DNA of 64,000 bases from a virus. The translations under genes and the position numbers were made by a program. The notes beneath the pieces are model-generated. The model was not told the origin of the DNA, ran no database searches, and worked only from the letters and a program-made list of their open reading frames with translations. Shown here piece by piece: positions 1-10,500 of this stretch. The stretch lies in IMG/VR virus record IMGVR_UViG_3300026157_000001, positions 4,770 through 68,769 of that record; one strand, 5' to 3'. Each line of letters begins with the position of its first letter. Position 1 is the stretch's first letter.

Positions 1-1611
1 CTGACCTTTTCGGGCCTTGGCTTCGTTTTTAGCAGCCATATAATAAGAGGTAGGCGCTGCTAATAAAAAGGTTCCCAGCGTTTTTTCAAACGGGGAAGCT
101 TTGGACGCATGCTTAATATTAAAAATTTCTTCGTTAACCGGTTCCAAGGCTTCTTTTTGTTTATTCTCTATTGCTATGCCCATGCCTAATCCTGCTACAG
201 GTGCTATCCATGGATTCTTAGCTATAAACTTAGTGAAATTACTGACATTTGCACTGTTGCCAAATATTTTAGCATAACCTGCATATAGAGCTCCGACAGA
301 TGTCATTAAGGGGATGGCGTTTTTTACACCACTTCCTGCTGGTCGAGGCTCATCATCAAATAAAAGGCTATTTATAAAAGACTGTTCAATCTCTTGTCGG
401 TTAGGATATAACTCGACACCCTTACTTTTTATGTTAGCACTCTTCTCTATGATTCTATTAATAATAGCTGGTTTTGTCAAGGAAAACTTGGAAATATCCG
501 GTTTTATTTCGTTTGCAACCTTCTCATTTACATAATCAGGGCCGATATTATTGATCTCCGGTGCATCTTTTGGGCTGGTCTCGAAAACGAAACCTTTTTC
601 TTCCAAAAGTTTTGCCAGTTTTCTGTTTCCAGTTGTGTATAACGCGAGCTTTTGAAAATCCTCTCGTTTTGGGAGGATTCTTAAAGCACAAAATGTTGAT
701 AAAGTTTCGTTAAGCGGATACTGAGATAGCTTCTCGATCTGCTCATCTGTAAAATTTTCTTGTGAATCTAATATGATTCGTTTTGGGTCTTCTTCAATGG
801 CGTCTATTTCGCCGGCATTAATTTCTTTCTTAATTGAGGCATGCTTCTTATCTGACATTAAATTTGCGGCCTTCTCCATAGTTGCCTCGTTGTCGACTTG
901 TGCGGTCGCACCCGGTCCGGATGCATCTTCTGCCATTTTACCAAACCCAATAGGTGCCATAATTGCTGCCAGTGGATCTGCTGGAATAGTTACAATCGAA
1001 AGGTCAAAGAACCTAGGCTTTGTATTAATAGCATATACACGTCTACCGTCGTCAAGTATTTTGTTCATCTTGTTACGAAGATAGTCACTGTATTCTTTTC
1101 TAGTTCGTGCTTTCTTTCCTGTTATAGAGCATACGTCATAAGGTACTTTACATCCCATTGATAGTTTGATGTTCATGCCTTTTTTCATATTAGTCATTAA
1201 TTTACAAACGTCCGGGTGGGACTCTTGAAGTTTAATGACTGTCTCTACTCTTTTCATGTGAGGGTTATAATAAGAATAAATAACCTTGCCCATAGATTTT
1301 TTAGGATCTTTGTTTACATGATGTTTATAAACGTGACCGTGATCTACAAACGTATGGTGGTATTTTTTAAGAGCCTCTTCTGGAAAGAAGTCACCATTTC
1401 TATTTGGTCCATAATATTCTCCAGCTGTAAGTGCATTGGCTAATGCATACACGAATCCCGGCTCACGATCTAGTGAGTCAAGAAATTGGGCAACCTCGGA
1501 GGCGTATTCTGCTGTTTTGACTAAGCCCTCTGTTTTAGAAGGCTCTGGCAAAATAGAAAAAATCTCTTGGTCATCCTGTGTTTGGATATACTCAGCTGTC
1601 TTTTCTATCAT
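1..1611 (-). CDS. Putative prohead/head maturation protease (3' end runs off the window)
   Basis: Open frame from ATG at 1611, absent from the ORF track because it has no stop in the window. Reads MIEKTAEY...GPNRNGDFFPEEALK...HVYKHHVNKDP...LSMGCKVPYDVCSITG...FFDLSIVTIPAD, resembling large-phage prohead proteases. Lies near the terminase. Confidence 0.6.
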   Translation of the reverse strand, partial: MIEKTAEYIQTQDDQEIFSILPEPSKTEGLVKTAEYASEVAQFLDSLDREPGFVYALANALTAGEYYGPNRNGDFFPEEALKKYHHTFVDHGHVYKHHVNKDPKKSMGKVIYSYYNPHMKRVETVIKLQESHPDVCKLMTNMKKGMNIKLSMGCKVPYDVCSITGKKARTRKEYSDYLRNKMNKILDDGRRVYAINTKPRFFDLSIVTIPADPLAAIMAPIGFGKMAEDASGPGATAQVDNEATMEKAANLMSDKKHASIKKEINAGEIDAIEEDPKRIILDSQENFTDEQIEKLSQYPLNETLSTFCALRILPKREDFQKLALYTTGNRKLAKLLEEKGFVFETSPKDAPEINNIGPDYVNEKVANEIKPDISKFSLTKPAIINRIIEKSANIKSKGVELYPNRQEIEQSFINSLLFDDEPRPAGSGVKNAIPLMTSVGALYAGYAKIFGNSANVSNFTKFIAKNPWIAPVAGLGMGIAIENKQKEALEPVNEEIFNIKHASKASPFEKTLGTFLLAAPTSYYMAAKNEAKARKGQ

Positions 1612-2111
1612 TACATGAACAAGCTTCCAGCTCCTAATAGGTCAGCTCCTTCGTCTCTTCCCATGTTGTCTTCGATCTTAGCTAGGGTATCATAAGTATC
1701 TATAGTTGGTCCACCTAGATCTGGTCTGACTCGTGCATTAATGTTTTGAGTGATAAATCCGCCTGCTGCTATTGGGTCTCTGGCTAGTCGAGGTGAAGTT
1801 CTATATAGGGTTCCTCATAGCTCTGCTACTTCTTCTACATCCTCTTCCATTAGCGCTGGGTTGGCTTTTAACATTTCTTCAAAATATTTAGGCTCAATAG
1901 CTTTCATATACTTTCTTTCTACGAGCTCTGATAGCTTATTGGCAAAACGTGCTACTATAACAGCACCACCAATAATTCCCACTATTTTTAAAGCGTCCAT
2001 CGGAGATTTTCCGACCGCTGCCACCTTCTCGATGGTGTCTACACGCATTTGATGCGCTGCTGCTTTTTCGGCAGCTATTTTGATAAGTTCTTTTTTCTTA
2101 TTGATATCCAT
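1611..2111 (-). CDS. Hypothetical virion protein, 166 aa, one TGA read as Trp
   Basis: Frame continues through TGA 1815-1817 (AEL*GTLYRTSPRLARDPIAAGGF) to TAA at 1611, forming a TAATG overlap with the next gene. Confidence 0.8.
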
Positions 2112-3123
2112 AAGTTCTTTTTAATTTGTTTTGTAGATCAATCTTATTTTTGAATTGTGCTGCCGCTGCAAATTGTTTAGGGTTCTTACCTTTATAAAGG
2201 CCAATTCCATACATTCCACCACCTGCGGTAATAACAGGATGTTTTTTACCAAATCTAAGAAGATTTGCCAGCGCACCTGCTGCATAACCTAAAGAGGTTC
2301 TCGCTCTACCTAGTTTTTCCAAGGTTCCATCTTCTGGAATAAGTTCAGCAATTTTTTCATAATGGTCTTTATAGAATAAGGCTGTTACGCACTCATTGTG
2401 TAAGTCGTGGACTCTTTGGACCAATTTATTTTCGTTGTTAATTTTTTGGCCGGCATACTTCTCAAGGTCATTTCCTTTTATCTTAATGCCATCTTTGTCT
2501 AAATCGTGTGAGATTTCTTCTACTATATAATCTCCGAACTCAGACGCTTCTTTGATTGTATATTCTAGTGCTGCGGCGTCGGTGCCGGATAGGTAAGCTT
2601 GTTTTACTGTAGAGTAGATCGGCTGAAGCCTGCTTTCAATCCTAATGCCATTCTCTAGTACATTAGATTGTGCTATTTTTAGATGGGATAACAGGTCAGC
2701 TGTTTTGTTATAATTTTTCCAGGCTGGAATATCTTCTTCCTTTTCTGCAGTTTTCTCTTGCTTGGCTTCTTCATGTTTTTTGGAAGCTCTCTTCTCCTGC
2801 AGAAGTTGGTGAGCTCAGTCTTTTTTAGGAGCCTCTAAATAGTCTTTTCCTTTAGAAGCTGTTTTAGAGCTGGAGGGCTCTTCATCAATTACTTCATTAG
2901 GGTCGGCAACGTCAAACTCTATATAAGAGTCTTGGTCTGCTGTCTTCATAAGTTCTAGGTATGTTTTCACATTAGCAGCTTCCGCTACCCTGTGTACTTG
3001 ATTTTGATTTAACCCATGGAGTGTAGACACTTTTTCCAGTCCATCTGTAAGAGGGATCTGTCGGTCTAAGTATTCCTTAGATATTTGGGTTCCTAATTTT
3101 TCTAATTGTTCCGGCTTAACCAT
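2098..3123 (-). CDS. Hypothetical virion protein, 341 aa, one TGA read as Trp
   Basis: ORFs 2815-3123 and 2098-2424 share a frame, and the 130 codons between them are stop-free after TGA 2815-2817. Confidence 0.85.
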
Positions 3124-3128
3124 GCTTT

Positions 3129-3157
3129 AATATATTTTTATTGGCTGTAACAGTCAA
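3129..3157 (-). promoter_or_regulatory. Sigma70-like promoter, probably leaderless
   Basis: TTGACT-17nt-TATATT-5nt-ATG. Confidence 0.65.
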
Positions 3158-3160
3158 ATT

Positions 3161-4729
3161 TTATTGTAAATTTTCTCTCAGGCTGTCTGTCAACATCATT
3201 AGTGCCATGGAACCAAACAAGGTTGCATGCACAAAGTCGTCTGGGCCTACGTTAGTGTACTTTTCTTTATTCTTATCTTCGTCGTATTCTATAATTACGT
3301 TCCTAATGTCCGTAGTCATAGGCTCTATGTCCTGGTAATTAGGTAGGCGTAACTTCCCCTTTTTGAGCATTGTGAAGAATTTATTCATCACCCAGTTCTT
3401 ATTCATTGTATATGCTCGCATTTTAGGATTATACCTTACAGGCTCTTTTTGGGTAGGAAGATGTTGATAAGGCCATACCTTTTCTAAGCCTAACCTGTTT
3501 CTAAATTCACTGTTAGGCGCTTCTCCCATACCGTAGTCACTAGCTAGTAGTGAGCAGTTCCACTTTTTAAATATCTTTGGGATTTCTTCATGTATATACG
3601 AATAGTCTGCTTCTTTACCTAAAAATTTCTTAGCGTATACAACCTGTAATTTACCTTCCCTTTCTTGAACAATAGATATACAAGTATGAGATTTTTCCGA
3701 ATTTACCGGGCCATAGTCAATACCCATAATAGTAGGCCTGCCAACAGAATGTTTATCAGGGTTGGGGCTCATTCTAAAGTCTGGATTACAAGCCGCTATC
3801 ACTTCTTCTTTTGTAATTGGGATAGCTCCTGAATCATACTCTAGCCCTAGAGTCTCATTGTTAAACAGAGCGGTGCTCTGGTTTTCCATCTTGTAAATGA
3901 CGTCGTCTTGCCAATTAACCCATGGTGAGTGCGCAAAGTGTAAAAGACAAACTCGGTAGCCTTCCATTTTAGGCCTGTCTTTCATATGCTCATAAGTAGA
4001 CACCCACTGGCCTTTGGCCTTTCTAAGGTCTAGTTTGTTTCCGCACTTAGAGCAGATTAAATGATTAGCCCCTATATTATCCGGGCCTAGTATATTCCAG
4101 TGGTTACAGGCTTCACACTTTATCGCATACTCATTTTGTGAAGACTTAAACCAAAGATCTGCTAATGTGCCCTTTGTTCTTTTAGGTGTGCCTGCATATA
4201 TACTGCGCTTTGTTACTGAGCGTGACATTGTTTCCTCAATAACTCCTATAACGTCTTTTCTTAAATCCTGAGTTTCGTCAAATAAACAGACGTCTGAAGA
4301 AATACCTCGAATACGGTCAGCGTTAAGAAGTGCATAACGCATGTTAATAACGCTACCGTTCTTGAATTCTTTTTTAAATACGTTCTGCACCATATGTGCA
4401 TCAACGAAGTAGTCTCTTATAAGAGGTGAGTTTTTAATAACCGGTTCCAGTTTGTCACGAACAAACTCCTGAGTTTGAGCTACTGCAGGGGATACGTAAA
4501 GCTGTTTAAAGTTAGGCTTCATTAAAGCCCGGGCTAGGAGAATATTAGCTAAAGACGTACTTTTAGCGGTCTGTCTAGAAAATTTCATTACAACCTTCTT
4601 GGCTTCCGTATTATATATACGTCTCATATGAGGATAGTCGTCCAATGAAAATGGCTGACCTCCTAAATAGAAAAAATTCTCCGCAAAGTCACTGAGCGCT
4701 AGCTCAATTTGTTCCTTATCTTTGCCCAT
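3161..4729 (-). CDS. terL: Terminase large subunit (lambda gpA-like)
   Basis: KFSRQTAKST Walker A variant, LFDE Walker B, GTP motif, CxxC..CxxC zinc motif, and GIDYG...DD nuclease domain. Confidence 0.85.
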   Translation of the reverse strand: MGKDKEQIELALSDFAENFFYLGGQPFSLDDYPHMRRIYNTEAKKVVMKFSRQTAKSTSLANILLARALMKPNFKQLYVSPAVAQTQEFVRDKLEPVIKNSPLIRDYFVDAHMVQNVFKKEFKNGSVINMRYALLNADRIRGISSDVCLFDETQDLRKDVIGVIEETMSRSVTKRSIYAGTPKRTKGTLADLWFKSSQNEYAIKCEACNHWNILGPDNIGANHLICSKCGNKLDLRKAKGQWVSTYEHMKDRPKMEGYRVCLLHFAHSPWVNWQDDVIYKMENQSTALFNNETLGLEYDSGAIPITKEEVIAACNPDFRMSPNPDKHSVGRPTIMGIDYGPVNSEKSHTCISIVQEREGKLQVVYAKKFLGKEADYSYIHEEIPKIFKKWNCSLLASDYGMGEAPNSEFRNRLGLEKVWPYQHLPTQKEPVRYNPKMRAYTMNKNWVMNKFFTMLKKGKLRLPNYQDIEPMTTDIRNVIIEYDEDKNKEKYTNVGPDDFVHATLFGSMALMMLTDSLRENLQ

Positions 4730-4893
4730 CTCCTTTTTGCCTGTTTATGTGCTTCTCGTTTCTTGTCTGAGGGTTTGGTATAAAACTGATTTGATTTATA
4801 TTGCTCCAGGACCCCTGATCGTTGTACCTTACTCTTGAATATCTGTAGGGCTTTCTCTAGGTTCCCGTCCCTGACGTTTACTTTTACTGGCAT
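4699..4893 (-). CDS. rpsU: Ribosomal protein bS21
   Basis: MPVKVNVRDGNLEKALQIFKSKVQRSGVLEQYKSNQFYTKPSDKKR is a typical bS21 sequence. Confidence 0.92.
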   Translation of the reverse strand: MPVKVNVRDGNLEKALQIFKSKVQRSGVLEQYKSNQFYTKPSDKKREAHKQAKRRWAKIRNKLS

Positions 4894-5698
4894 CTTCTTC
4901 TAAATTTCGTTTTGATTTATACTCTAAAAGGTCCTTAAAGAACTCTCCGTTCTCGTCATATTGCAGAACTTTATAAATAATATTTTGTTTACTGTTCCTG
5001 CCCGGACCCCAGTCAGAAGAATACGCAATTTTTCTGTCTTTATCAACTGATTCTACAAAATCTAAAGCATCTTGGAAAAGTGTCCTAACTTTTTCTTTTT
5101 GTCTTTCTACTTTATAATATTCAAATAAAGATTCTCTAGGATTGTTTTTAACCATACTAGAAAGCTTACGCTTCTCTGTTAAATAATCTTTTACAAGTTT
5201 ATTGAAATGTCTTACTTTAGCGTCAGCCACTAAGAACTCTGACCAGAACTTGGCGTATGTTGGTGCCATGTCTTTTCTCTCTGGTGGTTCGTTTAGCCAT
5301 TCATCTTCCATGACATCATAAACGCCGAAGTCAATAGAAGCTAAATTTTCTGCTGTGTCTTTTCTCCACTCAGCTAAGAAATAACTTATCACACGATTAG
5401 TGCCTTTTGCTATTCGTCCGTTATATTTTTTAGCTCCGTGAGTCTTTGATTTCCCGGGCTTAAGGCCTTCGATGGCAACCATGATATCAATATCACTTGT
5501 ATCACTGTATTTATAGCCCGTTAATGAGCCCAACATATAAACTCCCCTTAAAGGCCCGTCTCCAGCATCTTCAGCAATTTCTTTTGCGGTAGTTAAAGCT
5601 TGTCTACGGATCTCCGGATACATCTTCTTGTCTTGATTCCAAATGTCTGGAGATAATGAATCCCTGAGTCTTTCTATTACACTAGCTGGTTTATACAT
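4829..5698 (-). CDS. Pol-beta superfamily nucleotidyltransferase
   Basis: LGSLTGYKYSDTSDIDI matches the hGS..DxD motif. Confidence 0.75.
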   Translation of the reverse strand: MYKPASVIERLRDSLSPDIWNQDKKMYPEIRRQALTTAKEIAEDAGDGPLRGVYMLGSLTGYKYSDTSDIDIMVAIEGLKPGKSKTHGAKKYNGRIAKGTNRVISYFLAEWRKDTAENLASIDFGVYDVMEDEWLNEPPERKDMAPTYAKFWSEFLVADAKVRHFNKLVKDYLTEKRKLSSMVKNNPRESLFEYYKVERQKEKVRTLFQDALDFVESVDKDRKIAYSSDWGPGRNSKQNIIYKVLQYDENGEFFKDLLEYKSKRNLEEDASKSKRQGREPRESPTDIQE

Positions 5699-6524
5699 CG
5701 TCTTCGTTTTCTACCTCTTTAATATGTTCAATAGGTTTCTCGTCTGTAGAGAAAGTCTTAATTTTAAATTCAAAGTCTTCAAGAATGTTGTCGGCGTTTG
5801 CTCTTTTGTCCTTCTCTATAGTATCGATACGGTCGGTAACCTTAATGGTTAAGTTAGCCCAGCGTTGTGCAACATCTGGACGTATCTTACTTTGCTCTTT
5901 AAAGTTATAGTAAGAGTCTTGAGCAATATCCCGTAGCATGTCTGCAAAATCTTTTTCAGGAGTTACTCCTAATTTCCATAATAGATGCTGCTTATCTCCT
6001 TTTAATGCAATCTTATAATATTTGCGAAGCTGTGGCTCGTTAATACCCTTTACATAGTTTTGACGATCTTTTAAGGTCCACTCAGAAACGTTAAAGAAAT
6101 ATTTAAGAAACATCTTAACGTCATCAGAGGAATACTCCATATTATACTTACCGTTGACGATAAGTTCTATATCTTCGTCTGTAATAAGGGCCAGGGCCAT
6201 AGATGTGATAAGACGGTACATCAGCGGGTCATTTAAAATCTTGATGGCACCGTCAAGGCTCGGGGTGTCTTCCGGGAAATCGAAGTTAGTAAAATGGACG
6301 AAACCTTCTACAACGTCGTGATCTCTTATTCAATCTGGGTCCGCGGGTTCTGGGTTCTTCCTGTCAAAATACTCTGGAGCCTGGCTACGTAATGTATCAT
6401 ATACAATTGTTATAGCCTTTTGTGGAATAGGCTGATCGTAGTCTTCTAGTTTTTCTATCAATCCATCAACTGAAAACTTAGATATTACTAAGGTTTCAAT
6501 AAACTTTAAATGTGGTATTTCCAT
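5691..6524 (-). CDS. Hypothetical protein, 277 aa, one TGA read as Trp
   Basis: ORFs 6330-6524 and 5691-6221 join in frame through TGA 6330-6332 (DPD*IRDHDVVEGF). Confidence 0.85.
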
Positions 6525-6775
6525 TATTCTTCGTCTTCTGTGCCGAATTTAATATAGTATTCTAGCGCTTTCTTTGATGGCATCGCTTTCATAGAAGCGA
6601 TATAAATTAAATCATTGGTTACTGGCTGTTGCCAATGAAGCTGGAGATCTTCTCCTGAGTCACCGATCATCTGCTCTGTCTCACATTCATACTCGAATCC
6701 GAGGATAGTCTGTAGTTTTTGAGCTAAGTCGTTATAGCGCTCTGTTCCGGGATGTTCGATAACTATCGTTCTCAA
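6524..6775 (-). CDS. Hypothetical protein
   Basis: ORF with a TAATG overlap to the downstream gene. Confidence 0.7.
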   Translation of the reverse strand: MRTIVIEHPGTERYNDLAQKLQTILGFEYECETEQMIGDSGEDLQLHWQQPVTNDLIYIASMKAMPSKKALEYYIKFGTEDEE

Positions 6776-6779
6776 TTTA

Positions 6780-7121
6780 TTAGTCCTTCATTACTAATGC
6801 AGTTCCGCCAACGCCCGTACCGGCAAGAATTTTGCCTCGGTTCTCGTATACTTTTTTACCTTTGTTATATAAAGCTTTTTGCTGTTGTGACGTATGCCCA
6901 GCTGTGACTCCGGCAGGTGTTCTTCTAGCAGATGAAACGCCTTTACCGGTAGCTCCTGCATAAAGCGCTTTGCCTTTAGAGCCTAATTCGTCGCTCAAGC
7001 CTTTAGTCTTGGTTACAAGCCTTGACAGAGTTTTTAGGCCTCCACTCCAAAGAGCTTTCTTTTCAATACTATCTGAGAACCCTTTCATTGCAATAATTTT
7101 TTCTTCGTGTGATAAATCCAT
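6780..7121 (-). CDS. Small basic protein with EKKA motif and C-terminal Gly-rich helix
   Basis: ...FSDSIEKKA|LWSGG...ILAGTGVGGTALV. Confidence 0.7.
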   Translation of the reverse strand: MDLSHEEKIIAMKGFSDSIEKKALWSGGLKTLSRLVTKTKGLSDELGSKGKALYAGATGKGVSSARRTPAGVTAGHTSQQQKALYNKGKKVYENRGKILAGTGVGGTALVMKD

Positions 7122-7146
7122 TTTTCTATCTTTTATATTTTAGTAG

Positions 7147-7995
7147 TTAAACGTTTGAGGGACTAATCATAGAATTGCTTAGTCGCCGTGTACTGTTTCG
7201 TGTTCCTTTTTCTAAAGTCGTTTTTGTAATCTTAGGTGCTGCCATAGTTGCGCCTATAGAGGTTGTTGCTCCACCCATAAAACTTTTGTTTTTTATAGCA
7301 CCTTTAAAGCCTCCCAGGCTTTTAGTCCCTGTAAAAGTGGCTCCTCTAGCAAAGTTACCTAAATTTATATTTTTTAAAGACTTGAATGCCTTTATACCTA
7401 AATTCAAAATGCCCCCTATAGCTGCTGTCTTTTTAATCTGAGTCGGGCCATAGTATTCTTTTCCCCGGCCAATATTAATTGGGCGGTGAGTTCAGCTTTT
7501 AGTTAGATACTCGATCGCATCGGAAGTAGGCATCCGCCTACTTCTACCAAACTCTGCGGGATCCGCAGAGTGGTATAACTTTGGCAAAATTTTAGAAGCA
7601 TTTGGGTCTGTTTTAATAGGAATGAGAGCTGCTGTTTTCTTTTGCTCTTTTTCTATTTTATTGGCTGCTGCCATAAAAACAGGATAACCGATGGCTCCTG
7701 CAGCTGTACTTTTTATAAGCCGAGGGCCTGTTCCTCTGTATAATGTTTTCATTGTTTTAGCATCTGGGCGCAGGTCTCTTAATTTTATTTTCTTTCCAAA
7801 GTCTGTATTAGCCTGGGCGTCTACAGCAATGGTATCAAGGGGTTGAGTTGTTAGTGTAACTGCTGCGCCTGATAGACTCCCTGCCATGAAGTCTTTCTTA
7901 AAATCTTTCCAAAACTTTTGTTTAGCCTTCTCTTCTGGTGTGAGCTCAGGCTTGGTAATTACTACCGGTATTGGTTTTTGTTTGTCTTTTTCCAT
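7147..7995 (-). CDS. Modular protein with a mitochondrial-carrier-like repeat, 282 aa, one TGA read as Trp
   Basis: ORFs join through TGA 7492-7494. Contains FMAGSLSGAAVTLTTQPLDTI..Q and LYRGTGPRLIK. Confidence 0.75.
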
Positions 7996-8321
7996 TAGTT
8001 CTTAAAAAATCTTATATTTATCTCTTCGTCGTCTGACTTAAGCATTTCCCAAGTCTGCTTTGTGCTATAGTCCAGTGCGGTATAGAACAATGTCTTAAAC
8101 TCAATATACTCCATATCGGCTGTTAAAATATCTCCGTCTAGTGTGAATACATCTGTCCACTTATCTCCAAATTCCGAAGGTTCAAATCGTATGATCTCCT
8201 GCGTACTTAATGATATAGGTCTTCGCACTGAAGGGTTAATATCACTTAAGTTCATTAAGAAGTCTTCTAAATCTTCGTACTCGTCCGGGTCTGCACTAAT
8301 TGATATAAAGTCTATAAACAT
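7995..8321 (-). CDS. Hypothetical acidic protein
   Basis: ORF with a TAATG overlap. Confidence 0.7.
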   Translation of the reverse strand: MFIDFISISADPDEYEDLEDFLMNLSDINPSVRRPISLSTQEIIRFEPSEFGDKWTDVFTLDGDILTADMEYIEFKTLFYTALDYSTKQTWEMLKSDDEEINIRFFKN

Positions 8322-9582
8322 CGCCTTCGTTTTTCATGGAGTCTTTAGCTAGCTGTGAAATAATTTTGTCTTTAATTGCATGCTCTTTTAAAGCCGGTGC
8401 AAGTCCTAGTGTTGGAATTCCAGTTAAATACGGATGTTTTAAAATAAAAGAATCAGACTGATGCTGTCCGATACTACGTCTTACAAACTTCTCTTTATCT
8501 TCGCCGAGGTTATAGTTGCCACCCAGTCGTTTCTCTATGTCTGATACGTCTAAGGCTCCTTTCTTAACAAGATTTTTTACCTTTCCGGAATCCTTTAGAT
8601 ATTGACCTCCTACAGCAGTTAGTCCTGCACCTAAGCCTACTGTACCTCCAAAAGCAGCTCCCTCTGCAATTTCTTTTGCTGTGGGGCCGTTATCGGGTAG
8701 CTTTGGGTTTAAGGCTGTAGCAATTCCTCCTGCTGCGGTACCGCTTAGGGTAGTTGTAGCAATTATTTTTGCTGGGCTAAAGCTGGCTTCTTTAATTTTC
8801 TTTGCTGCAAATGGGGTAGCTGCTGCTCCGCCTAGGCCTATTCTAGCTGACCATGTTTTAAAGCCTTCTTTCCAAACCTTTCCTCTGGCCTCTTCCCAAG
8901 CTTTTTCGGCATCTTTATTTGTCTTTCTGGCTTTTTGCTTAGCTCCGCCGGAAGCCTCTTCTAGTTTTTTAGAGGTTTCCGTTAAACGCTTTCCCAGCGA
9001 ATCCATCTGACCTTTTGCTGCTTTATAGTTTGTTCCCTTTATAGCAGACCATAGGCTTGATGTTTTAATAACTCCTTCGCCCTCTAATATTCTAAGCTTT
9101 GCTCCTAATGGAAATCGCGGATCTTGTAACATTCCTCTGACCACATTAGACTCACCGGCTCGATAAATTTGTTTTGCTTTTTGTTTAACAATCTTTTGGT
9201 CTTTCTTTTTTGAGTCATAAATCTCTTTAGCTCCAACACCTGCTCCAACGGCTACCGGTGTTGCCACGGCGGCTTGTGCCATTCGTGTACTCTTCTCAAT
9301 ATTCTTAGCAGTGCCTTCCATTTCAGCAAGATCTTTTTTGTTTTTTCTAAGATCTTTTAATTTTTGAAAGGTGCTACGGTCATCAACAGCTATTTGATTT
9401 TTACCTAGCTCTTTGGCTTTTGCCCCTTTAGGGACATCGTCCATTTTTCTAACCGTCTTTTGGCCTATAAACCACGGGTTATCTACTTTTCGCTGTAAAG
9501 CTTGGCCCCTTACTCTTGCATTTCGTAAAGTCTCCCCACGAATTAAATCGTAGGCTCCTTTAGCTTTTACTTTTAATCCCAT
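8296..9582 (-). CDS. Basic Gly/Ala-rich modular virion protein
   Basis: Several Gly-zipper segments and IKTS/IKEAS/VKKG motifs. Confidence 0.7.
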   Translation of the reverse strand: MGLKVKAKGAYDLIRGETLRNARVRGQALQRKVDNPWFIGQKTVRKMDDVPKGAKAKELGKNQIAVDDRSTFQKLKDLRKNKKDLAEMEGTAKNIEKSTRMAQAAVATPVAVGAGVGAKEIYDSKKKDQKIVKQKAKQIYRAGESNVVRGMLQDPRFPLGAKLRILEGEGVIKTSSLWSAIKGTNYKAAKGQMDSLGKRLTETSKKLEEASGGAKQKARKTNKDAEKAWEEARGKVWKEGFKTWSARIGLGGAAATPFAAKKIKEASFSPAKIIATTTLSGTAAGGIATALNPKLPDNGPTAKEIAEGAAFGGTVGLGAGLTAVGGQYLKDSGKVKNLVKKGALDVSDIEKRLGGNYNLGEDKEKFVRRSIGQHQSDSFILKHPYLTGIPTLGLAPALKEHAIKDKIISQLAKDSMKNEGDVYRLYIN

Positions 9583-9911
9583 TATTTAAAATACCTCTGG
9601 CCTTTATCGTTTATTGGTTTTGCATAGCTTCCAATTAGATTTGTATCTATGCCTTGTTCTTGTAGCGCTCGTCGTCGTCTAGCCGCTCTTCCTACATAGT
9701 AAGAACTTGTTGCAGCTGCTCCTCCTGCTATAAGAGGGAGAAACCCTCAAGGCTTGACAGGGTTAGATAAACCTGCTGCTACTCCAGAAGCCGCTAGTGA
9801 TTCTATGATAGACCTCTTCCTATGCTCTTCTAGTAAATGTGGATTCTCTTTGTAATGCTTGAACAGCGCTCTGTCCATCGCATCCAATTGGCGTCGTTGT
9901 GAATACTGCAT
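9582..9911 (-). CDS. Hypothetical membrane-associated protein, 109 aa, one TGA read as Trp; missing from the ORF track
   Basis: MQYSQRRQ...NPVKP*GFLPLIAGGAAATSSYY...RYFK with TGA at 9747-9749. Fills the gap exactly, with a TAATG overlap and an upstream promoter. Confidence 0.8.
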
Positions 9912-9916
9912 GCTTA

Positions 9917-9945
9917 AACATACTTACTATAGATTAAATTGTCAA
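9917..9945 (-). promoter_or_regulatory. Sigma70-like promoter, probably leaderless
   Basis: TTGACA-17-TATGTT-5-ATG. Confidence 0.6.
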
Positions 9946-9946
9946 C

Positions 9947-9965
9947 TTTTTTGGTATAAGAATAC
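9947..9965 (+). promoter_or_regulatory. Repeated plus-strand promoter motif TTTGGTATAAGA
   Basis: One of 10 copies, each upstream of a plus-strand gene block. Confidence 0.65.
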
Positions 9966-10054
9966 TGATCAGCTTTAAAAAACAACTAAAATCACCGATA
10001 GGAGGTAGACTGTGTAAACATGACTAACCGATCCATCCAACAAACGGGTTTTTA

Positions 10055-10444
10055 ATGCTTCGACTTGAAGACGTAGAGAAAATATTTATTGAGCTGGAAC
10101 GCCTACATTTTTTAGGCTCCAGTGAAGATGAAGAGTTTCTTAAGATGGTTTTCGAGAACGCATGTACGCAAAAGAAGGTCAGCCCTTTAGAGATCGAAAT
10201 GACTTTCGACAGAGTAGGGTTTATGAACATCTATGGAAAAATAGTCAACTTTAAAATATCGTCTAGTTATGATAGCGCTGAAAAAGCTGACGAGGTAATA
10301 AAGCGAGTGTACAAACGGCTATACAATTCTAGAGGTAGGCATAATATTATGGCACTGATGCCTGATGAGCCACGGCCTGTAAAATTCGAAGTTCTGGTCG
10401 CAGAATGGGATATACATAAACTTAAAAGTCTAGAAAAAAGATAA
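10055..10444 (+). CDS. Hypothetical protein (single plus-strand island in the late region)
   Basis: ORF bounded by the promoter motif and a terminator. Confidence 0.7.
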   Translation: MLRLEDVEKIFIELERLHFLGSSEDEEFLKMVFENACTQKKVSPLEIEMTFDRVGFMNIYGKIVNFKISSSYDSAEKADEVIKRVYKRLYNSRGRHNIMALMPDEPRPVKFEVLVAEWDIHKLKSLEKR

Positions 10445-10445
10445 A

Positions 10446-10500
10446 AGGGAGGGAGGTCATAATAGCTAAATGATCTCCTCTTTTTTTTAGCTTAAGATTT
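10446..10500 (+). terminator. Bidirectional intrinsic terminator followed by AGCTTAAGATTT
   Basis: GGGAGGGAGGTCAT...ATGATCTCCTCT stem plus T8 between convergent genes. Confidence 0.7.

Noticed and set aside
10000-10055. AGGAGG followed by GTG-TAA and an 11-codon uORF
   Set aside because: Single occurrence that cannot be distinguished from chance.
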